A stretch of 64,000 bases of DNA, taken from an uncultured delta proteobacterium (GTDB lineage: Bacteria > Myxococcota > Kuafuiibacteriia > Kuafuiibacteriales > Kuafuiibacteriaceae). The position numbers and the translations under genes are program-made. The stretch covers positions 96,001 to 160,000 of the forward strand of contig CAWDML010000012.1 of assembly GCA_963803435.1 (NCBI GenBank). Direction: 5' to 3'. Of this stretch, positions 9,123-21,638 are shown piece by piece. Below the pieces are notes generated by a model, which worked only from the letters and a program-made list of their open reading frames with translations, was not told the DNA's origin and did no database searches. The first letter of the stretch is position 1; the number at the start of each line of letters is the position of its first letter.

Positions 9123-10637
9123 ATGAAGTCGATCCTCGAAGAGCTTGGCCTCCGGGAGCAGAACTCCGGCGTTTGCGGCAACCAGTGGTTGGAGAAGCCG
9201 AGCGGCCACGAGCTGGTCTCGCTGAACCCGAGCACCGGCAAGCCGATCGCATCCGTGATCACCGCCGGGGCCGACGACTACGAGCGGGTCGTGGCCGACG
9301 CTCGGGCTGCGTTCGAAGCCTGGCGCAGCTGGCCCGCGCCGCGGCGCGGAGAGGTCCTCCGGGAGCTGGCGGTCGCGCTCCGCGTCAAGAAGAAGGCGCT
9401 CGGCGCGCTGGTCTCGCTGGAGATGGGCAAGATCCGCGTCGAGGGCGAGGGCGAGGTCCAGGAGATGATCGACATCTGCGACTTCTCCGTCGGGCAGTCG
9501 CGGATGCTCTACGGGCTGTCGATGCAATCCGAACGACCCAGCCACCGCATGTACGAGCAGTGGCATCCGCTCGGGGTGGTCGGCGTGATCACGGCGTTCA
9601 ACTTTCCGGTCGCCGTGTGGTCGTGGAACTCGGCGATCGCCGCCGCCTGCGGCGACACCGTGGTGTGGAAGCCTTCGGAGCTCACGCCGCTGTGCGCCGT
9701 CGCCGTCCAGAACATCGCGAACGACGTCTTCACCCGCCACGGTCTCCCCGGCGTGATGACGCTGTGCATCGGCAATCGAACCCAGGTCGGCGAGAAGATG
9801 ACGCGCGACCGCCGCATCCCGCTGATCAGCGCCACCGGCTCCTGCGCAATGGGGCGCAGGGTCGGCGAGGTTGTCTCCCAGCGCTTCGCCAAGACGATCC
9901 TGGAGCTGGGCGGCAACAACGCCATCATCGTGCTCGACGACGCCGACGTCGACCTCGTCACCCGCGCCGTCCTGTTCGGCGCCGTCGGAACGGCCGGCCA
10001 GCGCTGCACCACCACCCGGCGGCTGATCCTCCAGAAGGGGATCGCGCAAAAGGTCACCGACCGTCTGGTGAAGGCGTACCGCCAGATCAAGATCGGCGAC
10101 CCGCTCGAGGAGGGCACGCTGATGGGCCCACTGGTGAGCCAGCGCGCCGTCGACGACATGATGACGGCGCTCGAGCAGATCAAGGTCCAGGGCGCCGAGA
10201 TCCTCACCGGCGGCAAGCGCGTGGATCGCGAGGGCTTCTTCGTGGAGCCCACGCTGGTGAAGGCACCCCCCGACCTGGCGCTCATGCAAGAGGAGACGTT
10301 CGCGCCGGTGCTCTACCTGGTGGAGTGCGACGACCTCGATCACGCCGTCGCGATCCAGAACGGCGTCCCGCAGGGGCTCTCCTCGGCGATCTTCACGAAC
10401 AACCTCCGCGCCGCCGAGCAGTTCCTCTCCGTGCGCGGATCGGACTGCGGGATCGCCAACGTCAACATCGGCACCTCCGGCGCGGAGATCGGCGGCGCGT
10501 TCGGCGGCGAGAAGGACACGGGCGGCGGCCGCGAGGCAGGCTCGGACTCGTGGAAGCAGTACATGCGGCGCCAGACCTGCACGATCAACTACGGCAAGGA
10601 GCTCCCGCTCGCGCAGGGGATCGACTTTGGCGGATAG
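9123..10637 (+). CDS. Aldehyde dehydrogenase, ALDH7/antiquitin-like (aminoadipate-semialdehyde dehydrogenase family)
   Basis: ITAFNFPVAV, WKPSE, ATGS, LELGGNNA, catalytic GQRCTT, ETFAP, SGAEIGGAFGGEK, GRE and SDSWKQYMRR. Confidence 0.95.
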   Translation: MKSILEELGLREQNSGVCGNQWLEKPSGHELVSLNPSTGKPIASVITAGADDYERVVADARAAFEAWRSWPAPRRGEVLRELAVALRVKKKALGALVSLEMGKIRVEGEGEVQEMIDICDFSVGQSRMLYGLSMQSERPSHRMYEQWHPLGVVGVITAFNFPVAVWSWNSAIAAACGDTVVWKPSELTPLCAVAVQNIANDVFTRHGLPGVMTLCIGNRTQVGEKMTRDRRIPLISATGSCAMGRRVGEVVSQRFAKTILELGGNNAIIVLDDADVDLVTRAVLFGAVGTAGQRCTTTRRLILQKGIAQKVTDRLVKAYRQIKIGDPLEEGTLMGPLVSQRAVDDMMTALEQIKVQGAEILTGGKRVDREGFFVEPTLVKAPPDLALMQEETFAPVLYLVECDDLDHAVAIQNGVPQGLSSAIFTNNLRAAEQFLSVRGSDCGIANVNIGTSGAEIGGAFGGEKDTGGGREAGSDSWKQYMRRQTCTINYGKELPLAQGIDFGG

Positions 10638-10640
10638 CTG

Positions 10641-11586
10641 CTATTGCGACTTGATCAGCTTCCTCAGGATCGCTGGGCTCAAACACCGCATCGCGCACTT
10701 TCCGTCGACGCAAGCCGACTTGCACTCGCGGTCGTCCTTGCACGTCTCTCCGGTGCTGCGTGGCTCCTGACAGGAACCGTCGATGCAGCGGAGCCCGGGG
10801 CTGCATTCGCCGCCGGAGCAGGACGAGCCGGCGATGACCTCGCCCTCCAGGCACTCTCCGTCGACACAGCGGCCGCGGCATTCGACGCTCGAGCGGCACG
10901 TTTGGCCGGGCTCGATGAGCCGGACGCAGCGTGTTCGATCGCAGAAGCCGTCCTGGCAGGCCGGATGGTGGAGCTCGGCGTCGTCCTGTCGGGTGTAGAC
11001 GGCGAGCGTGTCGACCGTGGCGCCGCAGAGGGCGCCGGGCGGAGGCGGAGCTCCGCAGGTGCCGAGGTCGGTGGGACCGGCGCCGAGGCAACGCATGCCG
11101 TCGCCGCACTCGAGGTTCGAGCGGCAGCGGTCGCCGGGGCCGCGCGTGCCCTCGAGGATCCCGAGGCACGCCGGCGGCGTGGGCGGCTGCCAGGGGCCGA
11201 TCCAGTCACAGCCGGCGTGCTGCTGGGTGAGGGCCTGCTCGCAGGCGTCGACCGCGGAGGCGTCGAGGACGACACCGCCCGTGGAGAGCGCGCCGGCAAG
11301 GTTGCGTTCGCACTCGCTGGTGAGGATCACGCCCGGGGTGCCGTGGCAGCACTCGGCGCGCTTCTTACGCGGAAGCTCGTGGAGCGCGGCGCACAGGCGG
11401 GAGACCAGCTTCGGGATCTGGCCGGGATGGGCGGGGTAGACGGGAGAGATCGAGTCGTCGGTCTCGGCGGCCGAGGCGAGGGCCTTGGCCTCGCGCGTCT
11501 CCTGCCGGCGATGGTCGGTCTCGGAGTCGCAGGCGTCGCAGCCGGGCGCGAGCGCGAGGAGGAGGAGGACCGCGGTCGATTCTCAT
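10641..11586 (-). CDS. Cys-rich lipoprotein with Dickkopf/EB-like repeats, with a +1 frameshift just after the start codon
   Basis: The frame of ORF 10641..11330 is open upstream to TAVLLLLALAPG-C. ATG 11586 joins it if one base is removed from GATTC at 11578-11582 (giving MRSTAVLLLL...). Repeated GxxCxxxxEC...C units. Confidence 0.75.
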
Positions 11587-11607
11587 GGGGGACGAGAATA
11601 GCTCAGC

Positions 11608-13014
11608 TCACGGCGTGGGCGTGCCGTGTCCGTCGTCGAAGCCCCGGTGGGGGGCGGGGAGGAACGGCATCTCGGCGAGGAAGGGCTTGTCGTTGTAGTC
11701 CACGCCGTCCGAGATCGTCAGCTGGCCGCCCGCCAAGATGACGGAGAGGAGCACGTCGGTCACGTCGGCCTGCTCCTGAAGGGGCGTGGCGCCGCCGATC
11801 AGCGGGCGTCCGTTGGGGAACGAGGAGTCGGTCGCCATGTCGACGCGGAGCACGTCGCCGGTGACGTCGAGACCGAAGTTGTGGGCGCCGGGGGTCGGGA
11901 TGTCCTTCAGGTTGATGATGTCGAGGATGTCAGTGCGGTTCGACTTGAATGGAGTCGGATCGACACCGAGCGCCGCATAGATGCCGACGGCCTCGGCGTC
12001 GCGAACGACGACCGGGTTGAGGAAGTACGCGCCGAAGTTCTGCACGTCGTACGCGGGGTGCGTGCGGTTGTACTTGTCCTTGTCCTGTAGGCCGATCAGC
12101 GCCTCGTTGATCAGCGGGAGGCCGAGGCGAGACACCTGGACGAAGGGGCCGAATGCGGAGGTGCCGCCGTAACGACCGCGCTCGCGGACCACCACCTGCT
12201 TGCGGCTGGAGGAGGCCCAGACGTTGAGTGTGGTGAAGTTGCCGGGCGTGTTGCCGGGCAGCTGGCCGTTCTCCGTGAGGAGCGTGGTCGGGATCTCGAG
12301 CACGATCGAGTGCGTGTTGAACCCGGACACGCCGTCCTGCGCGGTGCCCTTGGGGCGGAGATTGGCGAGGTCGAACACACCGCCGAGATCGACGTAGAAG
12401 CCATCGTCGCGCGGACCGGCCCAGACGCGTCCCTCACGGCCCATGTCGTGGATGAAGCGCGCCGCGAACGCGTCGTCGTAGTCCGCCTGGGGAGCGTCGC
12501 CCTTCGTCACCAACCCGAACGTGCGCGGGCCGATGTTGAGCGGTGCGACCGGCACGTCACGAGCGATGATCTCGGCGCCGCGGGCGGTGTCCTTGTAGAC
12601 CGTGTAGGTCTGCACCTGCCCCGAGAGCTGCGAGAAGAACTCCTTGCCGCCGCCCGGGGGCAGGCCGAGGTTGGCCACGTCGACGTTCTGGAGGGGCGTG
12701 GTCTTGAAGTGGATGTTGTACGAGGCCACCGGGTAGAGGTGGTACGGGCCACGCCCGATGTGGATCTCGTAGCGGACCTCGTCCGAGAACCTGTGGAAGT
12801 TGGGGCCACCGGAGGGCTCCTCGAGCGGGATCCAGTTGGCGACCACGTACAGCTTGTCGTGCGTGCCGGGCGCCACCCAGGCATAGACGTCGGTGTTGTC
12901 GGCCGCAGGGTCGTCCGCGATCAGCGGCGCCTCCCGATGGCTCGATGCGTGTACGGGCCCGACCGACATGGTCAGGCCCAGGACGGTACAGGCGGCGATT
13001 GTGCTCTTCCTCAT
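11608..13014 (-). CDS. DUF4331 family secreted protein
   Basis: GGAGGA RBS and signal peptide, then SSHREAPLIADDPAADNTDVYAW, WAGPRDDGF, QVSRLGLPLINE and FPNGR. Confidence 0.9.
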   Translation of the reverse strand: MRKSTIAACTVLGLTMSVGPVHASSHREAPLIADDPAADNTDVYAWVAPGTHDKLYVVANWIPLEEPSGGPNFHRFSDEVRYEIHIGRGPYHLYPVASYNIHFKTTPLQNVDVANLGLPPGGGKEFFSQLSGQVQTYTVYKDTARGAEIIARDVPVAPLNIGPRTFGLVTKGDAPQADYDDAFAARFIHDMGREGRVWAGPRDDGFYVDLGGVFDLANLRPKGTAQDGVSGFNTHSIVLEIPTTLLTENGQLPGNTPGNFTTLNVWASSSRKQVVVRERGRYGGTSAFGPFVQVSRLGLPLINEALIGLQDKDKYNRTHPAYDVQNFGAYFLNPVVVRDAEAVGIYAALGVDPTPFKSNRTDILDIINLKDIPTPGAHNFGLDVTGDVLRVDMATDSSFPNGRPLIGGATPLQEQADVTDVLLSVILAGGQLTISDGVDYNDKPFLAEMPFLPAPHRGFDDGHGTPTP

Positions 13015-13133
13015 CGGCGATCCTCCGGTCTTCGCTTGGGGCCGTTCGGAGGGAGGTACGACTGTGGAGGGCGAGCGGATCGGCAAGAAGGTGCGATCCG
13101 GTTTGGCTGCGTGTTACCGTGACCTGCACGCGC

Positions 13134-14823
13134 ATGTGGGTCTGCCCGCAGTGTCATCTGGTCTTCCGTGATCAGCGGGTCGGAATCTGCGGGATTCACG
13201 GCAGTCGCCTGGTGGAGCAGGACTTCGATCCGCTGGTCGGGCGAACCGTGGATCGCTACCAGATCCTGGAACGGCTGGGCGGCGGGGCCATGGGCTCGGT
13301 CTATCGCGCGAAGCACGCGGTGCTCGATCGCGTCTGCGCCATCAAGGTCCTGTTCGGGGAGTACGCCCACGACGAGAACCTGAGAAAGCGCTTCGAGCGC
13401 GAGGCCAAGGCGATCAGCCGGATCCGACACCCGAACGTGGTTGCGGTCAGCGACTTCGGCACCACCTCCGACGCCGTCACGTTCCTGGTCATGGACTACG
13501 TGGACGGCCTTCCGCTCGATCGGATCATCCACGACGAGGCGCCGATGAGCCCCGGGCTCACCGCCCGGATCGCCCGCCAGATCGCCTCCGGCCTCCACGA
13601 GGCCCACGCCGAGGGCTTCGTGCATCGAGACATGAAGCCGCCCAACGTGATGGTCAGCGGATCCTTGGGGAACGAGGAGGTCCGCATCCTCGACTTCGGC
13701 CTGGTGAGCTTGCTGTACCGCCGGCTCGACACGGACCGCCTCACCGTGGAAGGGCAGCTCGTCGGCACGCCGATGTACATGTCACCGGAGCAGACGCTCG
13801 ACGCCTCGGTGGGTCCACCCTCGGACCTCTACTCGCTGGGCGTCATGATGTACGAGATGCTCCTGGGGCAACCGCCCTTCGTGCACGAGGGTCGGGTCGC
13901 GATGATGTTCGCGCACGTGCACCAGCCCGCGCCGCCGCTGCCGGACTTCGAGGGCCTCGAGGAGGTGGTGATGAAGCTGCTGGCGAAGAAGCCGGAGGAT
14001 CGCTACCAGAGCGCGAAGGAGCTGATCGACGGGCTGGATCAGCTCGAGCTGATGGACGAGACCACCTCGAACCGCCTCCTCGAGTTCCACGACCGGACCG
14101 ACCTCGCCGAATCGCCCGGCTACCACCTCGACACGGATCCCTCGATCCCGCCGGTGGGGAGCGACGAGTTCATCGAGGTGGTCACGCAGGTCGAGGAGAT
14201 GAGCCCGGCGCAGCTGCCGCGGCCCACGTTCGCTCCGCTGACGCGCCACACGATCTTGATGATCGAGGATTCGGAGGGCGGACTCGAGCGACGCGATCTC
14301 CCGCGTGGTCGACGACTTCACGGTGCGCCACGTGACCAGCATCGAGGCTGCGCTGCGTACGCTCCAGCACGAGTCGGTCGACGCGATCGTGGTGGACCTT
14401 TCGCTCCCCGAGCTCGACGGTTTGGAGTCCTTGCGCGCGCTGCGGGACCGCGCGCCGCGGACTCCGGTCGTCGCCTTGTCCTCACGTGCGGGCGAGGGCC
14501 ACGCGCTCGACGCCGCCCGATTCGGCGCCGACGAGTACCTGGTGAAGGCCGAGACCACCCCCGTCTCGCTGGCGCGGGCCATCCGGTTCGCGGTGGCGCG
14601 ATCAGCCGCGCTGGATGAGCGCATGCCCCTGGAGGCGCCGCGGCCCACGGTGGAGCTCTCGAGCGCCGCAATGGTGGCGCCGGTCAAGCGCCGCGGCCTC
14701 AACCCTCTGCTGATCCTCCTCGCCGTCGGTCTGTTCGCGTTGGGCGCAGCGGCGGGAGTGCTCCTCTCCGCGACCACGGTCAGCCCTTCCGCGGCCCCGG
14801 CGGACGTCCAGGGCTCCAGGTGA
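13134..14823 (+). CDS. Ser/Thr protein kinase with N-terminal Zn-ribbon, fused receiver (REC) domain and C-terminal TM helix; +1 frameshift near 14270
   Basis: CPQC...CGIHG; kinase motifs GGGAMGSV, AIK, HRDMKPPN, DFG and GTPMYMSPE. REC motifs ILMIED, VVDLSLPELDG and YLVK are split between ORF 12945 and ORF 14305, and are joined by removing one T from GATTC at 14268-14272. Confidence 0.85.
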
Positions 14824-14877
14824 AGCCTCCGGCGCGGATCTGGAAGAGATGCGGGCGCAAGCCTAGAATCCGGGCAC

Positions 14878-16601
<1,724 letters not shown>

Positions 16602-16605
<4 letters not shown>

Positions 16606-17393
16606 CCTGGTGGGGAACCTTCGAGATCCCCGAGGGGCGAGCCGGTCGGTTCCGGATCGGTCCCCTGGACCTGTGGATCGAGCGACGCCGCGCGGAGTGG
16701 CGCATCGGATACCAGCGCACCGCGGACGCCTACGACTCAGCGCTCTCGATCGAGGTTCCGCGCGAGCCGATCGATCTGCTCGCGATGAAGGAGGTCCACC
16801 GGTTCGCCGTAGGCGACGGTGAGCACTTCGTGACTTCGAGCGCGCAGCTGCCGGACCGGGCGATGGTGACACGTCCAGAGCGACCGTTGGTGATCCCGTC
16901 GGGCGAGGAGATCACGCTGTACGTGACCACGCCGCTCTGGATCGGCCTGGCTTCGGGGGCGGCGCCAGGCAAGTCGCTGCTCGAGCTCCCCATCCATCGC
17001 CCCTCGGACACCTGGTTCGGCCCCACCAACCTGGAGGGCGAGCTCTGTTACGCGAGCCGGGGGTTCTGGCGCACCGCGGTCGAGGAGCTGCAGGTCCGGC
17101 CTCATCGCGCCGTCACGCGCGTGCTGATCCAGAACGCGGCCGCCGACGCGCTGCACGCCGAGCGTCTGAACCTGCCGGTGATGCGCCTCCACCTGTGGTG
17201 CTCGAGAGAGGGACGCCTGTGGACCGACGACGTCACGTTCGTACGCACCGAGCGGGACGAGTTCGCGACTCTGCGGCTGAACTCGACGTCCCAGCGGAGC
17301 TTCGAGCTCATCGGCGCCAAGCTGTTGGCCGAGCCGCGCCTCGCCACCAGCTCCAACATGGTGGTGCGCGCTTTCAACTCTCTGTTTGGTTGA
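16602..17393 (+). CDS. DUF432-like protein
   Basis: ATGA overlap with the upstream stop. LPDR..VTRP, PLW and SDTWFGP...GELCYA motifs. Lies next to MscS, as I recall is usual for this family. Confidence 0.7.
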
Positions 17394-17402
17394 GGAGACG
17401 AG

Positions 17403-18296
17403 ATGTCCGAGCTCATGCGCACCATTCACCAGCTGCTCCACACGCCGGAGGTCCGAACCGGGCTCGAGGCCGCCCTCGTGATGCTGAGCGGCCTGCTGGG
17501 GATGAAGCTCCTCACTCGCCGGCTCACCGGCCGCAAGCTGGCGCCGCAGCAGAACCTCCTGGTCCGCCAGGTGCTCCGCTACGGGGTGCTGGGGGCGTCG
17601 GTGGTGATGGCGCTGCGGGTGCTGGGGATCGATCTCAGCGTGCTGCTCGGTGCCGCCGGCGTACTGACCGTCGCGATCGGCTTTGCCTCACAGACTTCGG
17701 CCTCCAACCTGATCAGCGGCATCTTCCTCATGGGTGAGGAACCCTTCGTGGTAGGCGACGTGATCCGGATCGGGGACGTCCTGGGCGAGGTCCTCTCGAT
17801 CGGGTCGCTCTCGGTGAACCTGCGGACGCTGGACAACCTGAGCATCCGGATTCCCAACGAGACGGTGCTGAAGTCCAACGTGGTCAACCTGACGCGCTTT
17901 CCCATCCGTCGCTTCGACCTGCCGATCAGCGTCGCGTACCGCGAGAAGCTCGGGGAGGTGCGCCGCGTCCTCCTCGAGGTGGCGGAGAACAATCCGATCT
18001 GTCTGGTCGAGCCCAAACCGGTGGTGCTGTTCAAGAGCTACGGCGACTCGTCGGTGAACGTGTCCTTGATGGTGTGGGCGACCAAGGAGAACTACTTCGA
18101 GCTGATGAGCTCGATCCCCGAGCAGGTGAAGAGCGCGTTCGAGGCGAACAACATCGAGATCCCGTTCCCCCAACGCACGGTCCGCGTCGTCTCAGACCCC
18201 GAGCAGCGCCCGCGAGCCCATGCCGAGCAGGATGCCGAGCAGCAGAAGCAACAGACCGGTCAGCCAGCGTCGCTTGGAGACCTTGCGTCCGGGTAG
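17403..18296 (+). CDS. mscS: Small-conductance mechanosensitive channel (MscS family)
   Basis: GAGGAG RBS, three TM segments, AIGFASQTSASNLISG, PFVVGDVI, RIPN and IEIPFPQR. Confidence 0.92.
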   Translation: MSELMRTIHQLLHTPEVRTGLEAALVMLSGLLGMKLLTRRLTGRKLAPQQNLLVRQVLRYGVLGASVVMALRVLGIDLSVLLGAAGVLTVAIGFASQTSASNLISGIFLMGEEPFVVGDVIRIGDVLGEVLSIGSLSVNLRTLDNLSIRIPNETVLKSNVVNLTRFPIRRFDLPISVAYREKLGEVRRVLLEVAENNPICLVEPKPVVLFKSYGDSSVNVSLMVWATKENYFELMSSIPEQVKSAFEANNIEIPFPQRTVRVVSDPEQRPRAHAEQDAEQQKQQTGQPASLGDLASG

Positions 18297-19529
18297 CCCC
18301 GGCGTGACCCGCGTGATGACACGGCGCTGATCCACCGGAGCGGCGCGGAGCGGGGTCAACACCGTCGCGTCGGGCACCGGGGGCACGTCGAGCCGCAGCG
18401 TGTCCTGCACGATCGCCGGCGGATCGGTGATGAGGCCGCTGTCCGGACGCGCCAGTACGGTCGCGTCCTCGGAGTCGTAGGCGGGGAAGCGGGCGCCGCT
18501 GGCGAACACGATCACCTCGGTGTCGCTCGGACCTTCTCCCAGGGACTCCGGACGGCCGAGCAAGTGCCGGATCTTGCGGCGCTCGGCCTCGAGCTCTGGC
18601 CCGAATCGGGCGAGGAAGAGCTCCCGGGTCGCGCCCGCGACCGAGGCGAGCGGAACGGCGGCGTCGATCGCGCGGAGGAAGTCGGCCGCAGATTGAAAGC
18701 GCCCGCCGGGTGTCCGCGCCAGCGCGCGATCGAGCACGTCGTCCAGCTCGATTGACACGTCCGAGCGGAGGGCGGCGAGGCGCTCCCAGCGGGGCCGGAC
18801 TCCGGCGCGCATCATGGCGCGCGGCGTACCCGGCTCGATGAAACGGCGGCCCGACAAGAGCTCGTACAAGATGACGCCGATGGCGTAGAGATCGGCCGTC
18901 CGATCCACGCGCTTGCCCGTGATCTGCTCGGGAGACATATAGCCGACCGACCCGAGCACGCGACCGGTCCGCGTCTGCCAGCTCTGCACGCGCGACAGTC
19001 CCATCCCCAGATCGATGATGCGGACGGCGCCGTCGGTGCCGATCATCATGTTGCGCGGGGAGACGTCGCGGTGGACCACGTCGAGCGGCTCGTCGGTGCC
19101 CGCATCGCGGAGCTCGTGGATCGCGCGCAGGCCCTCGAGTGCGCCGGCGATCATCTCGATCACCTCGGGCACCTTCAGGGTCAATCGTCCGCTGACCACC
19201 TCGTGGAGGAGCTTGGTCATCGGCCAGCCACTGACGTACTCCATCGCGATGTACAGCTCGCCGTCGACGGAGCCGACGTCGAACACGCCGGCCACGTGAG
19301 GGCTGTCGAGCTGGACGGCGACGCGAGCCTCGTGGCGGAAGCGGCGGACGAACTCGGGATCCTCGGCGCGTTCGGGGAGGAGGCGCTTGATCACGACCGG
19401 CGTATGAATCGAGCGGTCGCGACCGACCGATCGGGCCAGATAGACCGCCCCCGAGGCGCCGACGCCCAGCTGCTCCAGCAAGAGGTAGGCCCCGAAGGTC
19501 CGGGGCAGGTCGGGAGCGGATGGCGCCAT
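18192..19529 (-). CDS. Ser/Thr protein kinase with a C-terminal TM helix
   Basis: GVGASGAV, VIKR, HRDVSPRN, DLG and GSVGYMSPE; hydrophobic tail WLTGLLLLLLGILLG. Start is ATG 19529 or GTG 19541. Confidence 0.9.
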   Translation of the reverse strand: MAPSAPDLPRTFGAYLLLEQLGVGASGAVYLARSVGRDRSIHTPVVIKRLLPERAEDPEFVRRFRHEARVAVQLDSPHVAGVFDVGSVDGELYIAMEYVSGWPMTKLLHEVVSGRLTLKVPEVIEMIAGALEGLRAIHELRDAGTDEPLDVVHRDVSPRNMMIGTDGAVRIIDLGMGLSRVQSWQTRTGRVLGSVGYMSPEQITGKRVDRTADLYAIGVILYELLSGRRFIEPGTPRAMMRAGVRPRWERLAALRSDVSIELDDVLDRALARTPGGRFQSAADFLRAIDAAVPLASVAGATRELFLARFGPELEAERRKIRHLLGRPESLGEGPSDTEVIVFASGARFPAYDSEDATVLARPDSGLITDPPAIVQDTLRLDVPPVPDATVLTPLRAAPVDQRRVITRVTPGLPGRKVSKRRWLTGLLLLLLGILLGMGSRALLGV

Positions 19530-19554
19530 CGCCGACCCCACTCTATCATCCGCG

Positions 19555-20670
19555 TTGTTCTTCTCGGAGAAGCTGGGTCGCTACACGATCCTCCGGGAGC
19601 TCGAGCGGGGCGGGATGGCCTCGGTCGATCTGGCGCTCCGCGACGACGCCGACGAGCTCTGCGTCATCAAACGCCTCCAGCGGCATGACTGGAGCCGGAC
19701 CAACGTCGTCAAGCGTTTCCATCGCGAGGCCAAGCTGGCCTCGATGCTCGACCACAAAAACCTGGCCCGCGTGATCGACGCGGGGCTCGAAGAGGGCGTG
19801 TTCTGCATGGTCTTCGAGTTCGTGCCAGGGAAGACGCTCGCCTCGTACCGGGCGCACCTGGCGCGCCGGCGCGAGCTGATCCCGATGGAGCTCACCGTCT
19901 GGATCGGCGCCGAGGCCATGGCGGCCCTCGCTCACGTGCACGGGGCGCGGGGCGAAGACGGAGCCCCGCTCAACATGATCCACCGGGACGTCTCCGCGAG
20001 GAACGTGATGATCAGCTTCGCGGGGGCTGTGAAAGTGATCGACTTCGGGTTGGCCAAGTCGGACCTCGACGATTTCAAGACCGAGTCCGGGACCCTTCTG
20101 GGCACGTTCCCGTATCTGTCGCCTGAGCAGGCCGCGGGCGCACCGGTCGATGCGCGCTCGGATCTCTACAGCCTGTCCGTGATCCTGTTCGAGACCCTGA
20201 GCGGTCAAACGCTGATCGATCGCACGCAGCCGGCCGAGATGGTGGATCGGATCCTCCGCGATCCCCCGCCGCCGCACTCCGCGTTTCCACCCGAGGTCCC
20301 CGCGGCCGTCCGGTCGATCGTGATCCGCGGCCTGGCGAAGTCGCCCGACCGACGCTGGTCCTCGGCGGCCGAGTACCGCGAAGCGTTGCTGGACGCGATC
20401 GGCCCGATCGAGGCGCCGGCCCGCGGGCTCGCCCGCTCGCTCACCTCCGTCTTCCCGGAGGAGTCGAGGCAGATGGCGCAGCTGATCGCGTTCTACCAGG
20501 CGGGGGGCGACGTGCTAGCGACCGCCTCTCCGGCCGAGCCAACCGGCGCGTCCGCGACGAGGCTGGTGGCGACGAAGAAGAGGTCAACGGTGCGACGGCT
20601 GATGCTGGCGCTGGTCCTCCTCGGCCTGGGCTACACCATCGGCTGGTTGTTGCTGCCGTCGTTCGGTTGA
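19555..20670 (+). CDS. Ser/Thr protein kinase with a C-terminal TM helix
   Basis: RGGMASV, VIKR, HRDVSARN, DFG and GTFPYLSPE; tail LMLALVLLGLGYTIGWLLL. Confidence 0.9.
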   Translation: MFFSEKLGRYTILRELERGGMASVDLALRDDADELCVIKRLQRHDWSRTNVVKRFHREAKLASMLDHKNLARVIDAGLEEGVFCMVFEFVPGKTLASYRAHLARRRELIPMELTVWIGAEAMAALAHVHGARGEDGAPLNMIHRDVSARNVMISFAGAVKVIDFGLAKSDLDDFKTESGTLLGTFPYLSPEQAAGAPVDARSDLYSLSVILFETLSGQTLIDRTQPAEMVDRILRDPPPPHSAFPPEVPAAVRSIVIRGLAKSPDRRWSSAAEYREALLDAIGPIEAPARGLARSLTSVFPEESRQMAQLIAFYQAGGDVLATASPAEPTGASATRLVATKKRSTVRRLMLALVLLGLGYTIGWLLLPSFG

Positions 20671-21602
20671 TTGTACGCCGACGCGATCACCCGCAGCGAC
20701 TCGAGGGCGTCGCGCGGAGGAACGGGGTTCTCGATCTCGCCCCTGAGATGCGCGGCGAACGCCCTGAGGAGCAACGGAACCGTCGGCACCTCCGGGACCG
20801 CGACGGCGCTGCGGTCGCGGCCGTGGGTCTCGTAGAGAGTACGCTCGATGTAGTCGGCCTCGAGCCCGCCGTCCTCGAAGTAGAGCGCGAAGCGCATGTG
20901 TCGAGAGCGTCCGATCTTGCTCACGCGCAGATCGCCGACGACATCGCCGGCCCGCAGGTGGAGGAGACCGACGTCCTCGTTGTTTTGGTAGTGGACGCGA
21001 CCGAGAGTCGCCGCCAGCAGCTCGAGCTCGCGCCCGGTGATCACGCGGAGCGCGTCGACGGTGTGGATGGCGGTCTGGATCAGCACCCCTCCGCCCGAGG
21101 TCTTCGGCTCGTCCTCCCAGGCCAGGCCGCGGTTCTCGAGCCGCTGCTCGAAGCCAAAGCCCGTGAGGCGCCCGAACTGGGCCGAGCGCTCGCGGAGCGC
21201 GCGGGTCAGCGGATCGAAGCGGAGGGTCTGGCCAACGACCAGGGGCGTCCGCGCCCGCTCGAAGGCCCCGATGATCTCGACCGCCTCGGGTACGGTGCGC
21301 GCCAAGGGCTTCTCGATCAACAGCGGCTTGCCGCGCTCGGCGATCTTGCAAGCCAACCTGCGGTGCTCGCCGGCCGGCACGACCAGACAGAAGGCGTCGA
21401 GATCGGCGGCGGCGAGCAGGCGCTCGAGGTCCGGCTCGAAGCGGCAGGAGAGCTTCCGGCACTGCTCGGCACCTTCGCGTGCATCCCGCCGCCAGGCCGC
21501 CGAGAGCAGGGCCCCGGGCACGTCGCCGGCGGTGAGGTGCGAGGCGTAGCGCGCGCCGTGGCGACCCAGCCCGATCAGTCCGATGCGTAGCGGTCCGTAC
21601 AT
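20631..21602 (-). CDS. Gfo/Idh/MocA family oxidoreductase
   Basis: IGLIGLGRHG Rossmann motif, IEKPLA and GGGVLIQTAIHTVD. Confidence 0.9.
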   Translation of the reverse strand: MYGPLRIGLIGLGRHGARYASHLTAGDVPGALLSAAWRRDAREGAEQCRKLSCRFEPDLERLLAAADLDAFCLVVPAGEHRRLACKIAERGKPLLIEKPLARTVPEAVEIIGAFERARTPLVVGQTLRFDPLTRALRERSAQFGRLTGFGFEQRLENRGLAWEDEPKTSGGGVLIQTAIHTVDALRVITGRELELLAATLGRVHYQNNEDVGLLHLRAGDVVGDLRVSKIGRSRHMRFALYFEDGGLEADYIERTLYETHGRDRSAVAVPEVPTVPLLLRAFAAHLRGEIENPVPPRDALESLRVIASAYNQPNDGSNNQPMV

Positions 21603-21638
21603 CGCAGCGCAGGGGTCAGGCTGCTATGCTCCGGCATC

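Noticed and set aside
5911-10343. Long minus-strand ORFs (650 and 827 aa) opposite the hydrolase, vWA and ALDH genes
   Set aside because: They are shadow ORFs. The plus-strand frames carry the recognisable family motifs.
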